This document shows positions 23,729 through 35,689 of a stretch of 64,000 nt of DNA, in pieces (within the stretch, counting starts at the first letter, position 1; each line of letters opens with the position of its first letter). The stretch is from the NCBI GenBank assembly GCA_002269645.1, contig NIVC01001051.1:309132-373131 (forward strand), in the 5' to 3' direction. The notes below the pieces were generated by a model, which saw nothing but the letters and a program-made list of their open reading frames with translations, made no database searches and was not told where the DNA came from. This stretch comes from Macrostomum lignano (lineage: Eukaryota). A program made the position numbers and the translations under genes.

Positions 23729-25732
23729 ATCTGTAGTTTTTAATTGACCGAAATCTCATATTGGAATCGAATCTGAGCTGTATTGTGAAGTTTTATTGCT
23801 CTATAAATCATACTCGTTTTCTTATATTGAATGGGCAGTACTGTAATGGTTTTATTAATAAGAATTGAACCTTATAGTTTTTAAGCATTTCTGTTTTGGT
23901 GGTTGTGCATGTGATATTGAAAACTTATTCGATATGCACATGTACAAATCACAAATATTTTAGAATGACATAAAAAACTTTCTGTCATAATTACAGCTCA
24001 CGCATTTTAGCTTTAGAAATAATTTCGTAGGCTGGTATTTTCTACTTTTGAATTATTGTACTGAAAGTAGCGCGGAAGGAAAAGTCGATATTATCATTTT
24101 TCCTTCGTTCCTTCGTCGTCTGTCTTAATTCATTCATTTTGGCTAGCTGTTATATTCTGCGCAAACGACGCATTTGTGATGAATCAATAATAATATGTCT
24201 TGCGAGTGTTTTACTATATTAATCGATCAATACCTACGCGGCATCAAATATATAGATATAAGGAAATGCACTTCAGACGGTTTTGTAAGGCACCAATTTA
24301 TACCGCGCTTGGGAAATTGCGATCGTCCTGTGTTTTCTGTCGCACAGAGTCATATTTGTGTAAGAATTTTATTAGTGATTTGATCGATACAATTTATATC
24401 AAAATCAAAATCATAAAGATGAAAGATTTCGGTCAAGAAACAGATTCAATAATTTTTTCTACAGGAGCAGGAGTATATTGCCATTGGTGTCAGGGACTTA
24501 CGGGAAGCTGCTTTACATTTTGCCTAGAGACAGTGATTAAGTGCTGAAGTGTATGTCGCATCTCAAATACTGGCTACCAAATTAATTATTCTCACAATTA
24601 AAGCCTAAATGATTAATAAACCCTATGTTATAAATACCCAATTTGTTCGCGTCTATCTGGATATCGACGCGTTAACTCTATTTCGGTGCATCCAGTTCAC
24701 GAGTCGTAAATCGTTTAATTCTGTTATAATTTTCGTACTCAGACGATTTCAAAGAGAATATTTTCAACGAAACAGATCACGGTCTTGTCAAACATCTCAA
24801 ACAAAAAACTGCTAACTTTTCCAGTTTAACTGAACTTTTCAGGCATGATTAACGAGTTCATTTTTTAATTATTGGCAGAATTCCTAGATACACAGCATTC
24901 CTAGTAAACTTTTAGTAACTTTTAGAAAGCTTTTAGTAACTAATTAAAAGCAAAATTTTTGCAACAATGTATATAACATCTTCAAATTCTCTTTTTAAAT
25001 ACAAAACCCTTTGAAACCCTTTGAGAAATTGAAAGAAGCGCCTTGGAACAGTCAGAAAAATATTTTCCATAACTAATAAAAACTTTCAATTCATCATTTT
25101 GTGTTCAAACTTAATGCTTTCCAATTTGGCTTTCAGCTTTGCTTTGAAATTTTTAGGCCTATAGCCAACTACTAGCCTCTGTAAAAATTCTCCTTATTGT
25201 ATGCAATTACAGGCTATAGGTTTGATATTGAATAAATAATTGAAGCTAAGAATTTATAATAGATAATTTAATTACTGAAATGTTGAGATATCTATTTTTG
25301 TTTGTTCTTAGATATATCTTCTATAAATTTAGATGATAATTCTATATTGTTCAAGTCTCTAATGTTCATTAATACTAAAATCTTAAATGAGAAATGAATG
25401 AAATGATAGGCTCCTATTTAATTAAAATAAGTCAAAATACTAATTTGTAATTAAATTTAATTTAATGCTTTGACTAAGCTTTGCCTTACCTAAAGTGTCT
25501 CTAATATTAAGTTTTAAATATAAAAATATAATAATGTTTCCAAAATAAAAGTTTATCTCAAAGTTATGTTGTACAAACAATGAGAATTTCTGCACCAAAT
25601 AGCATACTTTTCTGATGAGCAATGTATTATAGTATAAAAGATGAACTGGTACCTGCCTAATAACAAAGATTCAATAATAGGTAAACTAACTCTGCCATTG
25701 CTCTTCTACATCTGAAATTGGCTCAACTGCAG

Positions 25733-27289
25733 GCTCCATCTCTGCGCCTCTCCGCCAACCTCAGCTGGTTGTTCGCCGACCGGCCTGGCATTGTTGAGCG
25801 GCTGGGCCGCGCGGCGGCTCGCGGCTTTCGCTACGTGGAGGCGATGGACGCCGGCAGCGAGACCCCGGCCAGCCTAGCGGATGCCTGCCGGCACGCTGGA
25901 GGACTTCAGTTCGCCCTTATCAATGCGCCGCCCTGCCGGCCGCCCAGCGGCGATCTTGGCTTAACGGCCCTTCCAGATAGGTGAAATGGAGTGGCAATTC
26001 TTAGCCTACCCCAACCCATCCCCCAATGTACACACGCTCTCAGTCTGCCCCTAAGAATCCCACCCATCCCCCAATGTGCACACGCTCTCATTCTGCCCCT
26101 AAGAATCCCACCCATCCCCCAATGTGCACACGCTCTCATTCTGCCCCTAAGAATCCCACCCATCCCCCAATGTACACACGCTCTCAGTCTGCCCCTAAGA
26201 ATCCCACTCATCCTCCAATGTGCACACGCTCTCAGTCTGCCCCTAATAACTCCACTCATCCCCCAATGTGCACACGCTCTCAGTCTGCCCCTAATAACTC
26301 CACCCATCCCCCAATGTACATACGCTCTCAGTCTGCCCCTAAGAATCCCACCCATCCCCCAATGTACACACGCTCTCAGTCTGCCCCTAATAACTCCACT
26401 CATCCCCCAATGTGCACACGCTCTCAGTCTGCCCCTAATAACTCCACCCATCCCCCAATGTACATACGCTCTCAGTCTGCCCCTAAGAATCCCACCCATC
26501 CCCCAATGTACACACGCTCTCAGTCTGCCCCTAATAACTCCACCCATCCCCCAATGTACATACGCTCTCAGTCTGCCCCTAATAACTCCACCCATCCCCC
26601 AATGTACATACGCTCTCAGTCTGCCCCTAAGAATCCCACCCATCCCCCAATGCACACACGGCTACCAGCCTGCCACTACCAACCATAATATCTTAAATCA
26701 AAAGTTCGAAATGTACTATTGTAACAAAAATTCGAACTTTCCTTCCGGCAGACGCGAAGAATTCCGCGCTGGCCTGTCCGCCGCGGCCGACCTGTGCTCG
26801 GCTCTGTCCTGTCCGACACTTCACGTCATGTCCGGCCGCACGACCGTCCGGAGTCCGGAGGTCCGCGCCGCGTACGTAGACGGTCTGCGTGAAGCTGTCC
26901 AAATTTTTGCGCCTCTCGGCGTCACCTGCGTTATCGAGCCAATTAGCAACATAGCCGATTATTACCTGAACTCGTACACCGATGCGGTGGCCATCATTAA
27001 CGACGTGCCGGGCCTTCGCCTACTGCTGGACCTGTTCCACCTGCAGATGCTAGAGGGCTCGCTTGACTCGCTGCCAGCCTACCTGCCTCTGGCCGGTCAC
27101 GTGCAAATCGCGCAGGCACCTGGTCGCCAAGAACCCGGAGCACCGGGCGATATCGACTATGGCGCGGTGTTGCGTCAGATTGGTGAGGCCGGCTACTCGG
27201 GCTGCGTCGGACTGGAGTACCGACCGAGCGACGGTGCCGAGGCCGGCATCGACTGGCTGATTGAGATGGGCTACCTGCACCCTCATTGA
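25733..27289 (+). CDS. HYI: Hydroxypyruvate isomerase-like (xylose-isomerase TIM-barrel family); genomic CDS lacks its initiator ATG
   Basis: Exons 25733-25980 and 26752-27289 (phase 2). Reads APSLRLSANLSWLF...GFRYVE...LINAP...LHVMSG...VIEPI...LLLDLFHLQ...GHVQIAQAPGRQEPG...CVGLEYRP, matching the HYI pattern (human starts MAPLRFSANLSWLF). Confidence 0.92.
26005..26660. repeat. 48-bp minisatellite in the HYI intron
   Basis: About 13 copies of CCCATCCCCCAATGTACACACGCTCTCAGTCTGCCCCTAAGAATCCCA and variants. Confidence 0.95.
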
Positions 27290-27384
27290 TAGCCACCCGC
27301 TGCGGCCTCTTCAAAGTTTTCCAATTTTCAATAATTATGCCACCGATATGCTTTCGGATAAGGAATTCTAATGTACTACAAAGC

Positions 27385-27550
27385 GGCACCTGGACTGGAA
27401 ACAGGATTTTTAACTTGGGTAGCACCTGGACTGGAAACAGGATTTTTAACTCGGGTAGCACCTGGACTGGAATCAGGATTTTCAACTTGGGTAGCACCTG
27501 GACTGGAAACAGGATTTTCAACTTGGGTAGCACCTGGACTGGAAACAGAA
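27385..27550. repeat. 36-bp tandem repeat downstream of the HYI stop
   Basis: About 4.5 copies of GCACCTGGACTGGAAACAGGATTTTTAACTTGGGTA. Confidence 0.9.
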
Positions 27551-27721
27551 ATTTTAGCATTTCTAAATAACTTTCTGATTGCAATTTTGATTATCCAGAC
27601 ATAAAATTATTTTCAAAGCGCATCTAACTAATTCCTTTGTGGTCCAAACAATTCTATGCTGTTTGCATTCTTCATTCACCGCGAACTGTGCTGCTCCCAT
27701 TGAGACCAAACTGGCCAACCC

Positions 27722-29062
27722 CAAGACGCTGCTGTACACCCTGTGTGAGCGTGTGTATGAGTGTGTGCCTGCGTACAGTATTGGCACTCTTGTATGTGCT
27801 CAGGACTCAGTGGAACGGGCTGAATCGCCTCAGCGCTGGCTGTGGGACCATATCGCCGAAGGGTGCCCGCAGCTCTCCTGCAAATATTTGTCGATAAAGA
27901 CATTTTGAGGTATACTGTTTATTCTGTTAAACTCTTTAAATAAATTTTGAATTGCTACTGAAAGTAGTATCGCATTGCAGAGAAGTATACCACGTGTTTC
28001 TATTTATAGTTCAGAATGTGCATGCCTTTCATAATGAAGCACATACAACCTCATATGGACCGTGTGGAAGTGACTCGTTATTTGACAGATTTTTCAGCAA
28101 TAACTGGGTCAGTTTTCTTACTTGCTCAAGTTCTGGATTAGAAAACATTCAATATATTCAGTCTCAGAGGATGATTTACCAGTTTTTAATAGACACTAGT
28201 ACATTGGCCTAGTTTGTTGTGGTCACCCATCGTAATATTTTGATAAGTCTCTTTATGAGGCCTATGAAGGCTTCAAAAGGTATCAAGTATTCAAGTAATT
28301 TATGGATTTGATCGCATTGATCCAACTAGCTAATATTAGGCGCTAAAAATTCGCTTTTAAATAGGCCTTTAAAACTTTTTTCCCCCAAAGTCTGAATTCT
28401 TCTTGACGCCAGACTTGTTTGTCCTTTTCTGAACTTACTCGGCCTCACTCTATTCCCAATTTGGAGAATTGCAGCCTTCAGAGCCCTGCCAGAGTCTGTC
28501 TCGATAATGCTACAGCCGCTTTCAATCATTCTGCTTAACGAGAAGTGGCGGCAGCTAGAGCCGCACTGGCTGAACCCTCCCCTCTCCCTCCTATCAGGTT
28601 TTATCTTTCATGGCACTTGGCCTGTCTGCAAGCGCCTCTTTGTGCGATGAGGGCGGCCAGTGAGCCTCTGTGTGACGAATCTCTGGTCTGCCATTCCAGT
28701 CAGAAGGAGATCTGAAGTCTGGAGTCTGGCATTGCAGTTTTAGAGACATCCAAAGCATAGCTAAGGTTATGAACAACTTTGAGTAGAACGTTTAACAATA
28801 ATATTAGAGCGGTTATCAATGCAAATTTGAAACGCTTTACCTTAATACTTGAGCTCAAGCTTTGTCTCAATAGCTTCCGTTTTGATTCAAAGACAGTCAA
28901 GTTAGATTTTTGGACTCTAAATAATAATTTCAGTAGGCTTGTGGGCGGCGCCAGTTCTGCCCATTCCCTGACTCCCCTGAGCACATGCATACAAGAGCGC
29001 CAATACTGTACTCAGGCGCGCACTCATACACCGCTCACACAGGGTGCACACATCGGCCTTGA
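27722..29062. repeat. Pair of ~105-bp dispersed repeats in inverted orientation (~27722-27832 and ~28955-29062)
   Basis: Shared core CACCCTGTGTGAGCG-TGTATGAGTG-GCCTG-GTACAGTATTGGC-CTCTTGTATG-TGCTCAGG, about 75-80% identical by eye. Confidence 0.75.
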
Positions 29063-30139
29063 CTGTCTAATCGTCAGGCATGCACACGCCACTCCAGGAT
29101 TTTGTTGAAGATAACCTTGATCCACGTACCCAACCTCGGGTCCGTCTCAGACTGCCGCAGCCGCTCTTCTCCTTCGATCGCCAATTCTCTTCCTGCATAT
29201 CCTCTGCTCAGTTTCCCATCGGACTCTATCAGAGCTGCAGCTCTATTGAGCAGACTCTGTTGATTCAACAAGTGATTCAGGTCAGCCGTCAATAGAACTC
29301 AATCAATGGAATTGCATCGATTTCTATGCTTTTTTAATTACTTTTTTCTTCCCTGTACGCGAACTTCATGATCGAGAGTGCAGGTTGGCCACTATGAACA
29401 GTATAAAGACACTTTAGTCAATTTTGTTAGAAATGAGCCGGAGAGCAATCAGATTTTTATCGCGCATTTCTAAGGAAGCTCATTTCTAAGAAAATCGAGC
29501 GTATCGTCCTTCTATTACAGTTAGCAGCCTATTAAACTGTGCACTAACCGGGACCAAATCTGCTTAACTTGAAACTGGTCCACTCGGTTATACATGTAGT
29601 TATATTTATAGCGATTTCCGCCCGGACAACTTGAACAATTTCGGAACTGTGAACTCTTAGACTAATCATCACATGCCCGGGCCCGTACCCGACATCTTGA
29701 GCAGTTCTCCAAGAAAATTTCCTCTGTACCAACTTGAGCAAGCGGCGGCGTAGGTGCTCAAAGGACTGCCCGAGCTGCCCGAGCAACTGGCAGAGCTGAG
29801 AACCCCGGGGTTTTAAGGGTTTCGATCGCGGGGTCTCTATATAAGCGCATCCCCTGTCGATCTCTTCGCAACCAGCCCCAACCTTCATTCGGCTCAACAG
29901 GAGGATCCGCCTCTCCCCTCAACTCCCCGGAGACCGCCACTCCTGCATGCGTCCTCGAGGCGGACAAACTGTGGAACGGAAGGCTTGCTGGAAATCTTCT
30001 TATTTATAAAATCCTGTCGATCATGGCTTGATTCAAAACTAACCCGCTGCATGGGTGCTCTTGGCTGATGAGGTTAAACTGAAATCCCAGATTTTGACTT
30101 ATCTAAATTTATGTCACGAATTTAAATGCTTCATTGCTT

Positions 30140-31060
30140 ATGGAGGATCTGATCATCGGTCATGAAGAATCTGGTCATAGAGGATCTTGGTATGGAGGGT
30201 CTACACGGTCATATATGATTTTTATCAGTCATGGAGAACCTGATCATGGAGGATCAGGTCATAAAAGACTTGGTCATCGAGGAGCATCTGGTCATAAAGA
30301 TCTGGTTATAGAGGATCTTGTCATGGAGGATCTGGTCATGGAGGATCTGGTCATAAAGATCTGGTTATAGAGGATCTGGTCATGGAGGATCTGGTCTGGT
30401 CGTCAATCGTGGAGAATCTGGACCTAGATCATGGAGGATCTGGTCATCGATCATGGAGGATCTGGTCATCGATCATGGAGGATCTGGTCATCGATCATGG
30501 AGGATCTGGTCATCGATCATGGAGGATCTGGTCATCGATCATGGAGGATCTGGTCATCGATCATGGAGGATCTGGTCATCGATCATGGAGGATCTGGTCA
30601 TCGATCATGGAGGATCTGGTCATCGATCATGGAGGATCTGGTCATCGATCACGGAGGATCTGGTCATCGATCATGGAGGATCTGGTCATCGATCACGGAG
30701 GATCTGGTCATCGATCATGGAGGATCTGGTCATCGATCATGGAGGATCTGGTCATCGATCATGGAGGATCTGGTCATCGATCATGGAGGATCTCGTCATC
30801 GATCATGGAGGATCTGGTCATCGATCATGGAGGGTCTCGTCATCGATCATGGAGGATCTGGTCATCGATCATGGAGGATCTGGTCATCGATCATGGAGGA
30901 TCTGGTCATCGATCATGGAGGGTCTCGTCATCGATCATGGAGGATCTGGTCATCAATCATGGAGGATCTGGTCATCGATCATGGAGGATCTGGTCTTCAA
31001 TCATGGACGGTCTCGTCATCGATCATGGAGGATCTGCTCATGGAAGATCGGGTCATAAAA
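30140..31060. repeat. 22-bp minisatellite (GGAGGATCTGGTCATCGATCAT)
   Basis: Homogeneous core 30420-31040 with degenerate edges. Confidence 0.95.
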
Positions 31061-31814
31061 TATCAGATCAAAAAGGACGTCATCAGTCATCAAGGATCTC
31101 ATCTCAAGGATCTCAAGGAGCTTGCTAATGTACTTTTCTCACTTATAAGCATGAAATTTTCTCTACTTCATCAGTCAATTATCTCAGCTCATAAAACAAA
31201 GTGAACCACCAGTAAATGCAGATGCGAAATGCGAAAATCATGATAAATGATTGGAAGAAATCTTTAAAAATATATGGAACTCTGGAGCAGAATCTGGGAG
31301 CTTCTTTTCTTTCCCAGATATCAAATTAGGTTTCAACCTCGAAAGACATAGTTATCCATCTTGTTTGTGGAGAACATGCAGTTTAATTTGTTTGAAAAGT
31401 GCAGCACCGTTATTCATCAATGTTTGTTACATGTTCTGCCTAATGCGCCTGCGGACATTTCCTATCTGGCCTGCCACTTATCTGTCAGCGGGACCCTGTC
31501 CCAGAATCGATTGTCTGTCTAGCAGCTGTCTGGCGCTGTTGCTAGCCAATAGTAATGGCGCAAAATAGTGTTCTTTTCTCTCTATCGAATTTCAATCAAT
31601 ATTGGAAGGGTAGGAAAGTTGCGAAAAATTCCTAACTAGTAAAAAAACTGAACTAATTTTCTGGTGTCTCTGACTCTCCTCTGTAGCTAGACTGAGCCAA
31701 ATAGCTCTTGGGTCCTGAATATTTGTGATTCTGAGAGAGAGAGAAAATATAGATAATTTACAATCAGAGTTCATGAAGAATGTACATGTAGTTAACGGAT
31801 AGAACTGGAACGAG

Positions 31815-32340
31815 AGGCGGGTTTCTTGAGGGGCAGGGAGTGAGGTGGGTGTCTTGAGGGGTAGAGAGTGAGGTGGATGTCTTGAGGGGTAGAGAGTGAG
31901 GTGGATGTCTTGAGGGGCAGGGAGTGAGGTGGGTGTCTTGAGGGGTAGAGAGTGAGGTGGATGTCTTGAGGGGCAGCTGGTGAGGTGGGTGTCTTGAGGG
32001 GTAGAGAGTGAGGTGGATGTCTTGAGGGGTAGAGAGTGAGGTGGATGTCTTGAGGGGCAGCTGGTGAGGTTGGTGTCTTGAGGGGTAGAGAGTGAGGTGG
32101 ATGTCTTGAGGGGCAGCTGGTGAGGTTGGTGTCTTGAGGGGTAGAGAGTGAGGTGGATGTCTTGAGGGGCAGCTGGTGAGGTGGGTGTCTTGAGGGGTAG
32201 AGAGTGAGGTGGATGTCTTGAGGGGTAGCTGGTGAGGTGGGTGTCTTGAGGGGCAGGGGTGAGGTGAGTATCTTGAGGGGATGGGTGTCGAGAAGGGCAG
32301 GGAGTGGGGTGGGTGTCTTGATGGGTTGGATTTAGGTGGG
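31815..32340. repeat. 28-bp G-rich minisatellite (GTGAGGTGGATGTCTTGAGGGGTAGAGA)
   Basis: About 18 copies. Confidence 0.93.
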
Positions 32341-33259
32341 CATCTTAAGGGGAAATGAGTGAGGTAGGCGTCCTTAATCTCAAGGATTTTCTTATTGTCT
32401 TATTTTCTTTCTTTTTTGTCAGAAATTCACGCAGTTACGGTTCTACTTGTGCTCTCTGTATACTTTTTAATTTTTCGGCTTCGCATCTGCAAACCACAGC
32501 ACCGATTTTTGGCCTTCCCCAAATGGCCGAATTTCAGTCTTTTTCTTGGCCAATGCGCCAGCATGAGGATTAGGCAATTATTTTCCAACACTTCTGAAAT
32601 TCGAGTGCAAGGTCTAAAACTCCGGCTTTCTGTTAATTTTTTACTAAAAAACTGCAGGATCAGCTGCGCTGCAATGAATCGCGGAAGATGAGGAAGATAT
32701 CGCTGTTTAGTAATTGTCTTTTGCTCTGTACCGTGCACGAACGACATTTTGGCATTCGTCTGTGGAGGTCAATCCACGGTTGCCGGTGCTGTAGCACACG
32801 TGTAGTGGCGGCTATGGCGGTCTTACCAGCTTAACACCGTTCCTTGCCCAGGGCTGAGAGTGCTGCAGGGATTTGGAGAGCGGGGGAGCTAATCAAGCCT
32901 GGGGATCTGTCGACAAGCGATCCTCCTAATTCCCTTTGCCGAGCTGTTCACGACTGGCCGGGCTTGAGTGGCCGCGCGAACTGAATTAGCTGCCACTTGC
33001 AACTTGGCCAGTAACTGGTCCCTTTATTGCCTCACACTTGCTTGTTGTGGTAGTAGAGTGCGGCTTTATTATAGTGCACATGGACTACACAGACACAGAA
33101 TTTCGATGGTTCATTGATAAAATTGGCTTAAATTATACTGTACAACATTATATTATTGCTCTATTTTATAATACCGTAGCTGGAAGTGTATGTTTTAGTA
33201 TTATGGTGAGGCAGGTTACGAAAGGAATAGGGAGCGAGTTGGGGGTCGATAGGAACAGG

Positions 33260-34150
33260 AAGTGAGGTGGGTGTCAAGAGAGACATGGAGTGAGTTGGGT
33301 GTCAAGAGAGACATGGAGTGAGTTGGGTGTCAAGAGAGACATGGGTGAGGTGGGTGTCAAGAGAGACAGGGAGTGAGGTGGGTGTCAAGAGAGACAGGGA
33401 GTGAGGTGGGTGTCAAGAGATACATGGAGTGAGTTGGGTGTCAAGAGAGACAGGGGTGAGGTGGGTGTCAAGAGAGACAGGGAGTGAGGTGGGTGTCAAG
33501 AGAGACATGGAGTGAGTTGGGTGTCAAGAGAGACAGGGAGTGAGGTGGGTGTCGATAGGGACAGGGAGTGAGGTGGGTGTCAAGAGAGACATGGAGTGAG
33601 GTGGGTGTCAAGAGAGACAGGGGTGAGGTGGGTGTCAAGAGAGACAGGGGTGAGGTGGGTGTCAAGAGAGACATGGAGTGAGGTGGGTCTCGATAGGGAC
33701 AGGGAGTGAGGTGGGTGTCAAGAGAGACATGGAGTGAGTTGGGTGTCAAGAGAGACATGGGTGAGGTGGGTGTCAAGAGAGACAGGGGTGAGGTGGGTGT
33801 CAAGAGAGACAGGGGTGAGGTGGGTGTCAAGAGAGACATGGGTGAGGTGGGTGTCAAGAGAGACAGGGGTGAGGTGGGTGTCAAGACAGACAGGGAGTGA
33901 GGTGGGTGTCAAGAGAGACAGGGGTGAGGTGGGTGTCAAGAGAGACATGGGTGAGGTGGGTGTCAAGAGAGACAGGGGTGAGGTGGGTGTCAAGAGAGAC
34001 AGGGGTGAGGTGGGTGTCAAGAGAGACAGGGAGTGAGGTGGGTGTCGATAGGGACAGGGAGTGAGGTGGGTGTCAAGAGAGACATGGAGTGAGGTGTGTG
34101 TCGAGAGGGACATGGAGTGAGGTTGGCGTCGAGAGGGACAGGGAATGAGG
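33260..34150. repeat. 26-28-bp G-rich minisatellite (GTGAGGTGGGTGTCAAGAGAGACAGGG)
   Basis: About 32 copies; shares GTGAGGTGGGTGTC with the 31.8-kb array. Confidence 0.93.
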
Positions 34151-34605
34151 TGGGCTTACATTTTTTCTTGACTTTCAATCGACAATCGCAAATTTTTGCA
34201 ACGGAAGCAACAAGAGTTTAGTTGCATTTGTTTTATTTTTTATTGATTGCAGCGCCGTGACAGACGCCATGACATTTTTACCAAGTCAAAGCTAAATGAA
34301 AGATAAAAAGGTCAATTTCATCAGCCGCGAAGACAGTAGGAAGTGTTGAGGAGAGTGATTAGAGTCATTCAGCAAATTTTAATCTCTTTACCAATACCCG
34401 AAGGAGTTCGTCTAAAACTCATAGTACAAGAACGGCACAATCAGCTTAGTACAGTAAAACTTCAAAATTTGGCTAATTATTGATTGTCTTTGATAGTTTG
34501 TGGAGTAAGTAGAGTGCGTCCGAGATCTGTTTCTACCGTTTCTAGGAACAATAAAGTACCATCAATGGCAACCAGGACAAGATCCTAGGTTGCATGCTCC
34601 CATGT

Positions 34606-35689
34606 GGTAACAAGCTACCAGGTAACAAGCTACCAGGTAACAAGCTACCAGGTAACAAGCTACCAGGTAACAAGCTACCAGGTAACAAGCTACCAGGTAA
34701 CAAGCTACCAGGTAACAAGCTACCAGGTAACAAGCTACCAGGTAACAAGCTACCAGGTAACAAGCTACCAGGTAACAAGCTACCAGGTAACAAGCTACCA
34801 GGTAACAAGCTACCAGGTAACAAGCTACCAGGTAACAAGCTACCAGGTAACAAGCTACCAGGTAACAAGCTACCAGGTAACAAGCTACCAGGTAACAAGC
34901 TACCAGGTAACAAGCTACCAGGTAACAAGCTACCAGGTAACAAGCTACCAGGTAACAAGCTACCAGGTAACAAGCTACCAGGTAACAAGCTACCAGGTAA
35001 CAAGCTACCAGGTAACAAGCTACCAGGTAACAAGCTACCAGGTAACAAGCTACCAGGTAACAAGCTACCAGGTAACAAGCTACCAGGTAACAAGCTACCA
35101 GGTAACAAGCTACCAGGTAACAAGCTACCAGGTAACAAGCTACCAGGTAACAAGCTACCAGGTAACAAGCTACCAGGTAACAAGCTACCAGGTAACAAGC
35201 TACCAGGTAACAAGCTACCAGGTAACAAGCTACCAGGTAACAAGCTACCAGGTAACAAGCTACCAGGTAACAAGCTACCAGGTAACAAGCTACCAGGTAA
35301 CAAGCTACCAGGTAACAAGCTACCAGGTAACAAGCTACCAGGTAACAAGCTACCAGGTAACAAGCTACCAGGTAACAAGCTACCAGGTAACAAGCTACCA
35401 GGTAACAAGCTACCAGGTAACAAGCTACCAGGTAACAAGCTACCAGGTAACAAGCTACCAGGTAACAAGCTACCAGGTAACAAGCTACCAGGTAACAAGC
35501 TACCAGGTAACAAGCTACCAGGTAACAAGCTACCAGGTAACAAGCTACCAGGTAACAAGCTACCAGGTAACAAGCTACCAGGTAACAAGCTACCAGGTAA
35601 CAAGCTACCAGGTAACAAGCTACCAGGTAACAAGCTACCAGGTAACAAGCTACCAGGTAACAAGCTACCAGGTAACAAGCTACCAGGTA
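34606..35689. repeat. Perfect 15-bp tandem array (GGTAACAAGCTACCA)x72, left arm
   Basis: No visible variant units; ends in a partial GGTA at the retroelement 5' junction. Confidence 0.98.

Noticed and set aside
25718-25732. TTG start for HYI as given by the ORF track
   Set aside because: Non-AUG initiation is rare in animals, and the segment looks like an intron or outron 3' end (branch point plus CAG).
29544-29970. GC-rich ORF fragments between HYI and the 22-bp array
   Set aside because: Stops in the most coding-like frame, no recognisable domain and no consistent splice sites.
32810-32840. Spliced-leader RNA gene (CGGTCTTAC resembles a remembered flatworm SL)
   Set aside because: The match is under 10 nt, with no ATG|GT leader end and no Sm site nearby.
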